From positions 6,324,001 through 6,388,000 of the forward strand of contig NC_088858.1 of assembly GCF_963853765.1 (NCBI RefSeq): a DNA stretch of 64,000 nucleotides, given 5' to 3'. A model generated the notes under the pieces. It was not told the origin of the DNA. It saw nothing but the letters and a program-made list of their open reading frames with translations, and made no database searches. Both the position numbers and the translations under genes were made by a program. This stretch comes from Magallana gigas. Lineage: Eukaryota. How positions within the stretch are numbered: position 1 is the first letter of the stretch; every line of letters begins with the position of its first letter. Shown in pieces: positions 49,554 through 59,344 of this stretch.

Positions 49554-51581
49554 TTATTTTATGGTACTACATGTATTACAAAAATAAATTGGTTTTAATA
49601 GTCTCTTCTGTTTTACTTGTGCATCATAATCTGTAAATGGTGGCTCTGTCTTTATACTGGTAGGATCGCATTCCATGATCTGGGCTTCACTGTGTGTTGC
49701 TACTGCTTCTATCTGCGATGTCTCCCAAGTGGTTGTGGAGCCAGCTATGATAGTAGGCCTATCTACCCTTGAAAATATCAACAATCGGGGGGTAGGTACT
49801 GGATTTACACAGAGCGGCTGGATGATTTGTGTGTCACTTACTCGACGAAGAACATATTCACTAATGCTCTGAACAGGCAAGTGTCCTGCGCCTGTCATTG
49901 TTTGCGAGTCATGCGTACACTTTGATTGAATTGATGCCCCGGTCACTCTTATGGATTGGTTTGAATACACTCGAGACAAGTTGGTGGCTCTGCTCAAAGA
50001 ACTGAAAAATGTGCTTAACTTCTTCTCACCGACTGGGAGATTGCAGTACCACACTGATTCAGAATCTGTGATGTTTTCTTTAGGTCGCTGCCAAAGTCTG
50101 TAGATGAAAAATATTCATCCTTTAAACTTGACCTTTATAACATATCACAATCTAATTAAACTCTTACCTCGCTCTTTGTTATCTGGTTGCCACTCGCAAC
50201 AGAGTGAGATAAAAGGTCTGATTTTAATTCGATTGTATGAGATCATGGACCCCCTCTCAGTTACTACAGTACTGCTCTTTTGCAACAAATTGAAAGAGTA
50301 TGGTATCATAATACAATGACAATTGTTAAATCTTTGATTTAATTATCTACCAAAACACTTCACCATAATGAAGTAAGGTATGATATGAAATTATGACAAT
50401 TGTTTAATCTACGATATAATTATCTACCAAAACACTTTACCAAAATGGATCAATTTGCCCTTCAAGAGAGCAGTATTCCACAGTTATCATAAAAGCATAC
50501 TGTGAAAGTATCATATTTAGCAGGTTCAATATTTGGCAGAAATGATTTTCAGCCAATTAGCGTGGATTTGATTTAGAGCGTTTCAGCATGTACCTATTTA
50601 CCTACATGTACTGACAGTATGACATTTGGTGATGTACTTGATATAGCAATTCCAAGCTGCATTCTGCCAAAAACACTAAATACAGTGTCATGAGATTATT
50701 CTACTGGTTTTTCAAAGCTGATCAACTTACTTATCACAGTTTGGATGTAGCTTCGATAAATACATCTCAAAAGAAAGAACTGGGCAATATTTGGATCCTG
50801 CAAAAAAAAAAAAAAAATTATAGTGCTCTATAGTCACAAATGATCTAATTTAAGAAATTTTCTGACTCAATTCAAAATTAAAATATAACCAACAATATAA
50901 ACCTTGAATTTCTGGCATTATCCCCGAGGAAGCTTCTTTGTTCACATGACAATTTTCTGTGAAATCATTTAAGTTTTTTGTTACAACTTTACGACCAGTA
51001 TTCTCATCTATTTCTACTCTGAATGTATTCTTGGTCATGGTATGCATGTTTTCTATTCCCCTTCGACAGAAAAACATTCGAATGTCAAACTGCACTTTGT
51101 TGAAGAGACCCCGTGGTGTGGCTATAGAAAGGTTATTACTTGTATACAGTAAGCTTAAGTCAGTGTCCGAAATAATAGGGTGATGAACTTCCACCATCCC
51201 CAGTCTTTTGGCTTCAGCTAACACAGCTTTAAAGCAAGTGTTGCTCTCTATAAACAAGGAATCCTTCACTATGTCAATTTTCCTGTTAAAAGGGGGCGAT
51301 TTTAAATATCTGCTGATTCCATGGCGGATCGTCTCCATTGAATTTACTTTGTAGTATGTTCCATCCTCTCTTCGCAAGTCCATGTAAAATCGTCCCAACA
51401 TCTCATCCAGTTTGGCATTGTCAAATTCTTCAAAATTCTTACTTTCGCCTTGTACCTGTAGATAATCTTTAAAAATCTTTGCAGCACCTTTGTTTGCTTT
51501 TAATGTTTTCTTGCTGTTTATTTGCATACGTTTTTTATCCCTCTCCTCCGCAGAGGTTTGAGCGAACCTGGACGCTGCCAT
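49554..51581 (-). CDS. Crypton/DUF3504-type tyrosine-recombinase-like protein, 3 exons (about 429 aa if unspliced after exon 3)
   Basis: Exons 51581-50903, 50797-50731 and 50097-49554, with GT-AG junctions in phase. Motifs: LGRFYMDLRREDGTYYK, FFCRRGIENM, CPVLSFEMYLSKLHP, LWQRP, VWYCNLPVG, YSNQSIRVTG, AGHLPVQSISEY. The 3' end is uncertain. Confidence 0.85.
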
Positions 51582-52313
51582 TCAATCTGTTGCAGACACA
51601 AAGGGACACTACTCCAGTTTATCAAATATTACGGAACGCGGTTTCCGTAATAAATGTTTTGTTTGGTCAGTTTTAGTAGCCGAAAGGAAAACGGTTACGT
51701 TAGATAATTGAATTCAATAAAATTGTTTTTTTGTGAAATCAAGAATATATAAATCACATTTGAACCGTTGAAAGTTTTAAATTCAAGTTTTTATAAATAT
51801 ATTTCTTTCAATTCAATTCAGTTCATCGACATCATCATGTTGGCACTGTATACTCACTACAGTCAAATGAAATCAAATGACAGACAAAAGAATATTATAA
51901 CAAAAAGGTTATTAACATAAAGGTTATTATATAGTTATAGACAAACCAATGATACAGAAGTCAAGAGTAGAATGCTTTTTGGTGTTTTAATTCGGTCTTT
52001 GTCAGTCAACATTGTTATAACATCGGGAAACCACAATTATCTAATTATACCTGATTATACTCTGATTATACAGAGACACTTGCCTTAGATTATGACCGGA
52101 TATAGCCTATACAAAAACCAAACAACGCCTTCGGCAATAACATCCTGAATAATGCAGCCCATAACGCATGTACGTTACGCCGGTCGCCGGGAACTTGAAA
52201 ACAACTTGAACGCACCAATTCACGCAACTGAACAAACGTTCAAGCATCACGTGTTCGCGAATACAAGACATCACGATGTTTAGATCTGTTGCTGTTCCGA
52301 ACAATATAGATTG

Positions 52314-52437
52314 AATGATTTATTTTTGACGTCGTCGTGTCAATAATTAACTGCCGTCAGGTGATGAGCAGACAAATTGAATAACGCGCGTTAGCTGACG
52401 GCAGTTATTGACACGACGACGTCAAAAATAAATCATT
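52314..52437. repeat. Inverted repeat with about 43-bp arms and 34-bp spacer
   Basis: AATGATTTATTTTTGACGTCGTCGTGTCAATAA(TTAA)CTGCCGTCAG ... CTGACGGCAGTTATTGACACGACGACGTCAAAAATAAATCATT. Confidence 0.88.
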
Positions 52438-53800
52438 TAATGCTTATATTTACATTCCCTTACTGATGAAATCAATTGTTTAGAAATAAATCGATATAAA
52501 GTGCAGATCACGGAGGGAGTAAATTAGTAACAGCAAGAACAGCTGATTTGTAAAACCGGTTTAAACTGGTTTTCCCAGGGACCGTTGAGCATGAAAATAT
52601 AATCCATAACTATTGAAATGTTGCTTTTAACAATAAAGTCAACTGTTTTGTTGAATAATTATAAAACATGGTGTTTTGACAACATTTATGAAATACATTT
52701 TTAACCGATAACATAGAAATCACTGTTTGAGAACTAATTATGTAAATTACATGTAAATTCATACGCAGTGAATAGATGTTGCATTTAGAGGCATTTAAAC
52801 ATCACGGAATCTAATGGAAAAACACAGTAGAATGTAAATATTTTTGATTTGACAGACCACCACAGTTCCGCAGGCATATTTCGTTTCTGGAATCAAAGAA
52901 AATTAAAGTTCCAGGCACAGTGATAGTGTACATGTATTTTACTACAGATGTCGTTGCTTTCCTTGCCACTGAAAGTCTTTTGATTGTTGCTATATTATAA
53001 AATACTTAAAACACTTACTCTAAAACTTACATGTACATTTACTTTCTTTCCCCAGTGTGCTTTGTTATAATTGGTAGTTATAGTGATCTGACGTGAACTT
53101 TCACTTAATAATTTAGGGGTAGGTGAAGGTATATTACAGCAATAAGATGCTTTCTTTTTTGGTGTTTCATGCCGATATGAAGGTAACAGACTGGAGAAAA
53201 AAATCCGCTTACGTCAGTGCTCTCATTGTAGCTTTAGTTTCGATTGATCAAGAATAATCCACACAACGGTCAACAGTTAAAGTACAAAGAAGACATCAAT
53301 GAACGAGTTAAAAATCATTTATCATAGCTACTATAGATAGAATTAAATTTGTCATTTAACAACGCCAGTTTAGAATGCGTAATATTATTCTTACGCCGAC
53401 TGCTGGATCGCGTGAATTTCTGTCTTATCATCGACTATCGTAGAAAAAAAATATAGAGAAAAACTACTTACATGTAATGGATGTCAAAATATTAAATTTA
53501 AGAGTTAGTCTTAGTCAAATAAAGAAATAAGTTCAGTAGCCATGTATGTTTAATGAATCATTCCGTATCATTTTTAAAACTTATGAATCCAAATTTCCAC
53601 GAAGAGCAACAGATCTGCAGCTAAACTTCCTGCAATACACTGGTTGTAGCGCAAAATCGAACATACCCAACTTCGCAAAAACGCAGTCGCGCAAGACGTC
53701 GCTGCGTTGTCATTGCACACAACGCCAAGTGGTACGAGCGCAATGGCGTGTTCTGTGATTTGTGACAGCGTGTTTTCCTCAACTATTGAAAGCACTACTC

Positions 53801-53871
53801 CATCGTCGGAACCCACGGGTTTTGTACCCGTTACACTGCTTTCAAAGAAAAATCCGTGGGTTCCGACAATG
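53801..53871. mobile_element. 71-bp mini-MITE with 9-bp TSD
   Basis: 18-bp TIR CAT(C/T)GTCGGAACCCACGG. GCACTACTC is duplicated at 53792-53800 and 53872-53880. Confidence 0.85.
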
Positions 53872-54301
53872 GCACTACTCGTTCACCATACTTTAAAAGG
53901 CTTTTTTAGACCGTCGACGACTTGACAGGGACGAGTTGTCTATAGATATACTTTTAAAAGCCGCCGCTGCGCCTCGTTTATGAATCCAAAACAAAGTGCT
54001 ACATTTCATTTCTACTGTCTGTCTTACGGTGTGTAGTCACATGTCGTCGAAGTTCCTGTCACTTACCTAAAAAAGATAGCAATATACAAACCTGCTGCTC
54101 TGTCTATATCACCCGCAACGATCAGATACCTATGTACACTAAAACTTTTAACTAGAGGCCCATGGTCCACATCACTCATGTGGTAGCAGTGTACATAACT
54201 AGCTTTATATACAATTTATCAAAACATTGAGAAATGTTCAGTTGCATTTTGATATTTTAAAAAATGCACATTTGTGAAATTTTTTTTATATGATCTACGA
54301 A

Positions 54302-54917
54302 CAGTGGCGTAGCTAGACCAGAATCGAAGTGCATGCTTAAAATGTCAGTGGGTCCAGGACGAAGCCTGGTGGGGACCCAGGGGGCGAAGGCCCCGGAAGC
54401 TCATGAATTCTGACGATTTTTAACACTAACAATCATCGCAGAAATTGAAAGGAATGCTCACTATTTAAGCATTTTTAGGCAATTAAAATCACAAAACTTA
54501 TTAAAAGCTTATTAAAAGAAGAAAAAACTTTTGACGCTTGTTTTTGACCCACTCAAAGCTTTTATTCTTAAGTTCATTTTCACCTAGTTTATGCTAATGA
54601 ATATCTCAATAAAGCTGTGATATTCTATTGGGGGGGGGGGGGTTTAAAAGGTACATGCATTGTGTACTGTTATTTAATAATTATATTATAAGACCACATT
54701 GCGTGTCTATATTTGGTACTTAAGACGTCTTTGTTTAGCATTGATTCCGGATAAAGTAGGACCGGGTGACGGAAACCGTTGAAGAGATAACTAAGTATGG
54801 ACCTTAATACTTGAATTCTTTTTTTTCTTTCTCTATTTTTTTACTGAGTTTTTTCCTTTTCCCCCCAAATGATGTGCATGCTCAGGCATATAAGCATACA
54901 TGGTAGCTACGCCACTG
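54302..54917. mobile_element. 616-bp MITE with CAGTGGCGTAGCTA TIRs (hAT-like)
   Basis: Perfect 14-bp TIR. TSD not preserved. Confidence 0.7.
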
Positions 54918-55474
54918 AGTCGAAAACCAATTGAAATCATTTCGTAGCTTAAAATGCGACACTTTCTCGAATAAATCCGAGTAACCTTTGCCGAGTGACT
55001 GAATTTCATAAGCCATTCCTATAGTATTTCATAAACTTAAGAAGTCTTATTAAACAAAATAATAAAACATAGAACAATGTCAATAGCAGGCTGTGCATTT
55101 TGCTAAAGTTTCGCATTAATTGGCGACATATACGCGTTTATCTGATAAAGTAACACGATTATTTCAAATTTGCGCACGTTTTTTTCTTTAAATAATTGCG
55201 GAATTTACGTATTGTTTATTCGCGAAACAACGTTTTCCTAATTATACGAATTTAATGCGCTAAATGGGCTTTAGTTTTGATCAACACAAGCCATATTTTT
55301 TATAGACGTTCGAAGTGGGAATTATTCAAAACCAACAAAAACTTCTATTTTATTTATTTATTCCTCATATTTCTGTTTATTTTAAACACTTTTTGCATGT
55401 AACATCTGTAGGTTATGACGGCGTATAAGTGCACTTTCAAATTGGCAGAAAAAAATAATATAATCGTTATTACG

Positions 55475-55702
55475 GTTTTCTAAATCGTTTGACAGAATTT
55501 AAAAAAAAATCGTTTATAGAAAATCATTTTGTACAATTTAAAAAAACGTTTGTACGATTTAGAAAATTGTTTGTAAGATTTAAAAATTCGTTTAAACGAT
55601 TTTTAAAATCGTTTGAACGATTTTTTTTAAATTTTACAAACGATTTTCTAAATCGTACTAAGAGGATTGTGAAATTCACGACTGTAGTTTAATTAGAAAA
55701 CC
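55475..55702. repeat. Foldback-like array of degenerate about 21-bp units whose orientation flips mid-array
   Basis: AAATCGTTTGTAC-type units on the left and ACAAACGATTTT-type units on the right. Outer IR GGTTTTCTAA / TTAGAAAACC. Confidence 0.6.
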
Positions 55703-56626
55703 TCTGTCAAAGTCGCAATTTCAAAGTTAATCTTTCGATGGCAATTTGTGCGTAAACGAATACTAGTAGCTTAGATATGTACGCGCGTAGTATGGTATAC
55801 ATTTGTACATAGCACAAAACATAAACAGAAATCAAATGTTATAGCAGGATATTTCAGTTGTAGCTATTAATAAAAATATGTTTCTATGTCACCAATTTTT
55901 TTTCACTTAAAAAGAAAGTGAAACTTATTTTTACTTTTGAAATTATTTCTCTCAAGTTTCCAAATTGATTTCACACATCAGCCTAATTGCTTTAGTTAAA
56001 ACAAGTACATTTTTAATATTAGTTACATTCAATATTAACTTCGTTTTTTCCAGTTCCGGGATAGGGAATGTATCTATAAATTACAAACAAATCTATAGTC
56101 ATATAAATTATATAATAGCATTTACATCTCCGTTAGAAAATCATGTAGATAATTTGTCATTAAACTGCAACTCACTTTATGACAATAGAAGGCTGAGTAT
56201 AAACAATAAACACTTTCTAGGTGTAAGGGACTATGCTTCTGTGTGCAGTGAAGATTCCAGCACAAATATTGAATTACAAAGATGAATGGAAGGTTTAGCA
56301 TAGGAATACAGGTATTTAGAAAATGTACACCAATGGGTATCTTATATATATATGTGTGTCAGACATCTTTTCAGGTAGTATGTTAATTATATTAATTAAT
56401 GTGAAAATAAATTAGGAGCATTAAAATACAATCTTCAAACACTCACGATCACATTTCAAGGAAAGATTTAAAAATTTCAAACCATCAGGCCTTCAAGACA
56501 AGGTGTTTATTATGATTAAAATGAAGTCTAAAGGATAAACAATTCAATTTAAATTAATTTTATTCAATTCTATAATATCCAGGAATATGAACAATACAAT
56601 TCTTGACATACTGGTATATTAAATGA

Positions 56627-58132
56627 CTACATACTTAATTGTAAAGCATCAGATAAAATACATCTACAGCTCTGTGGTATGTCAAGCTTGATGATATTCT
56701 GCAAGCTTTTTTCAACATACTCCAAATTGACATGTTTGATAAGTATTAAGCACTGGGTACTCAGCTCCTCTAAAGTATGTACAAGTTCAAAGTCATACAT
56801 TTCCTTGGATGAAATGTCAATTAGCAATCTGACCAAGACTTTCAAAATGAAATCCACATAACGAGACATTCGTGGCCATGTGGCAATGATCACTGATTTC
56901 ATCAGTCTTAAAATCTGTGGTTTAGCAGAATGTCTTTTTCCATCATAACTCTCTAAGTATTCTTCAATCACTTTGAAGAGAAGGTTTGTGTGTCGTAGGG
57001 TAAGAAGGCCTAGTTTTTCCACAAAATGAGTTAAGTATCCAGTAAGAGACATACGCAATGCCAAGTTCTGCTCCCCATAAGCATCTGCAAGAATAGTGTG
57101 AAATATCTCATCATACTTGTTTGGCACTCGCATGAGTCCCTTCGAATCAGTGCAGTACTGGGGATCTTTTTCAACCACTGATAATATATAAAGTAATGCA
57201 GGATGCAAAACATCAATTAGTTTTGCTTCTCTAGTATACATTTGATGTTTCAAAGCCTCATAAATGACATCCGCCTGTCCATACCAGCGCAGTTCTTCCC
57301 TGCTCGTGTTTTGCATGATGTGATAGAGACAGCTGACACCTAAGATCTTGTTTTCCAAAACATGATCATCCGTAAACAGAAGAGCGGTAGGAAGGAACTT
57401 TGGGAAGACTTCACTCATGTTTGGAAACCTTGTATTGGAAACACACCATTTATACACCATTTTGAGGGAAGGAAAGCACACCCATGTGTCTCTTTTAAGC
57501 TTTTCACTGAGGTGTTTTTGAATATGTACCAAAATGGATGACAGATGGTTTTGTGAAATCTGGTACTGCAGAAGTTCTTCATTGCCACTTACTGAGAGTA
57601 CGTCCTTGACCTTTCTAAGCACTTCTTTTGACAAAGAAAGTGATGATTTTGATGTCCACAAATTGGGCTGCTCATGTTCAATCACCAAAATTAAAAGATG
57701 TGGTAAAGCTCCTGCAACCAGATGTTTCACGTTATCCTCGTCAGTATCTAAGGACAGTAAAGAACAAACTAATTCTAATACGAACTCTGCTCTTTCAGGT
57801 AAATTTCCCACATCCTCCTTGTCACATGGCTTATGTTCAAGTTCTTTAATGCACGGAACACATGCACGGCCAATCAAATGCTGCAACTTTTCTTTGACGT
57901 TTGATGATTTTAATATTTCACAAAAGTAGTCTTCTAACCACTTTTCTGGAGCAATTTTGATTAATTTTGTAATTCTCTTTATATTTGTAGGAAATTCTTT
58001 GTCTGGAAGGTCTCCTACTACTTCAATTAACTTCCCAAGGCTGTTTGCTGACCTGGAGAAAATGAGGTCCTGAAGTTTGGTGTAGTCATTTTCTGAAACA
58101 AGGCTTTCAAGCACAGCTTTGGCAGATGACAT
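56627..58132 (-). CDS. TTI2: TELO2-interacting protein 2 (TTT complex), 501 aa, single coding exon
   Basis: Open 501-aa ORF with LPTALLFTDDHVLENKILGVSCLYHI and WYGQADVIYEALKHQMYTREAKLI, matching the recalled TTI2 core. Acceptor about 25 bp upstream of the ATG and a UTR donor near 59030. Confidence 0.88.
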   Translation of the reverse strand: MSSAKAVLESLVSENDYTKLQDLIFSRSANSLGKLIEVVGDLPDKEFPTNIKRITKLIKIAPEKWLEDYFCEILKSSNVKEKLQHLIGRACVPCIKELEHKPCDKEDVGNLPERAEFVLELVCSLLSLDTDEDNVKHLVAGALPHLLILVIEHEQPNLWTSKSSLSLSKEVLRKVKDVLSVSGNEELLQYQISQNHLSSILVHIQKHLSEKLKRDTWVCFPSLKMVYKWCVSNTRFPNMSEVFPKFLPTALLFTDDHVLENKILGVSCLYHIMQNTSREELRWYGQADVIYEALKHQMYTREAKLIDVLHPALLYILSVVEKDPQYCTDSKGLMRVPNKYDEIFHTILADAYGEQNLALRMSLTGYLTHFVEKLGLLTLRHTNLLFKVIEEYLESYDGKRHSAKPQILRLMKSVIIATWPRMSRYVDFILKVLVRLLIDISSKEMYDFELVHTLEELSTQCLILIKHVNLEYVEKSLQNIIKLDIPQSCRCILSDALQLSM

Positions 58133-58455
58133 ATTTTTACTTAAATGTCAGTTTCTAAAAAGGAAAAAAAACCTATGGTTATTGTTATGATAGAATTATG
58201 AGTTATTATAATGTTAGTTTAGTTATATATCATAAAAGATATACATAATACAACATTTAAATGCAATTTTGCAATATACATAGCTCCTCTAGCCAATCTT
58301 AGGCAGCAAATTCATAGTTTTATAATGGTGCTGGTTCTGACATTTTCCTTGCTAGTGAAATATCAAAATCATCAAAATAGCCAGGAAACATCAGATATTT
58401 TGGATTAACACTACCCAAGCAAACCAAAGGTCTAAATCTTATTTTAAAATATGTT

Positions 58456-58724
58456 GGGCCAATAAAAAAATTGTGTGTTTAGTGTAACACTGATGAAGAA
58501 ATTAGGTTAGGTAAATAGGGATTTAAAAAAAAAAATTATTATATTTTTTTCTGGATGAATCCTAAGAATGTTTGTTTGTGTCATATTTAAAAACAGTCTT
58601 TTTAATAGAATTAATATAAAATCCACAATTGGATAAAAACAGACACCTAAAAATGGTAGGATCGGGGCATTTTTGTAGGTAAGGTTGGGTTACCCTAAAC
58701 ACACAACTTTTTTTTTTTAGGCCT
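58456..58724. mobile_element. MITE with GGCC-A-tract-TTGTGTGTTTAG TIRs in TTI2 5' UTR intron
   Basis: GGCCAATAAAAAAATTGTGTGTTTAGTGTAAC versus the reverse complement of GTTACCCTAAACACACAACTTTTTTTTTTTAGGCC. Confidence 0.65.
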
Positions 58725-59031
58725 TGTCAAAGTTTTAAAACTAAAGTCAATTTTAAAAGATGATTGCAGAGAAGATGTTCCATTAACAGATGGTGGCAGA
58801 GGAATTTTTTTTGGTCGAGGAAATGTGAAGAAGATAGTCAGATAGTAATCACACTGTCAGTTCAATGCTTGTCAGTTTACCATTTAAACAATTTAAGAGT
58901 TAAAAATTATCTTTAAGGTAAATATTTCATTTAGGAACAATTAAAATTATGTATTCTCTTTGAAAAAAAATCAACAATAATTCTGATTTATTAGTTTGGA
59001 CTATCGATTAACATCCGGGGCTTATACATAC

Positions 59032-59344
59032 CTCTCACCTCTGATAAACATGAAAGATGAAAAGAAAAAGGCCAAGTTTTACTTTTGGTGTCCAAAGTGA
59101 AAGTAGACGAAATTCGATCTCTTTTGTCTTTGTCAATTTGTACCAGTGTACATTTCGTGTATATCTATTTCATTTGTCCAATATTATAATGTTTTTCTTC
59201 TGATTCTGTTTTTCCTTTTACTCTCAATGATTTGCTGTTTATTTCCTTTTTATTTTGATATCATTTTATGCACACTGCTGTCATACGTTACCATTAAATG
59301 AACGAGTTATTCTACATTCTTATGACGTCATCTTCAACGACAAC
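59032..59344. promoter_or_regulatory. Probable bidirectional promoter of TTI2 and RNF115/126
   Basis: Only about 310 bp separate the TTI2 first-exon donor (minus) from the RNF ATG (plus). A TGACGTCA (CRE-like) site lies at about 59323. Confidence 0.6.

Noticed and set aside
53546-53925. Overlapping 70-80 aa ORFs in a GC-richer island
   Set aside because: No domain similarity, and they partly depend on the inserted mini-MITE.
54149-54185. AACTAGAGGCCCATGGTCCACATCACTCA, similar to a recalled Helentron/HINE end
   Set aside because: Too short and degenerate, with no body or other end visible.
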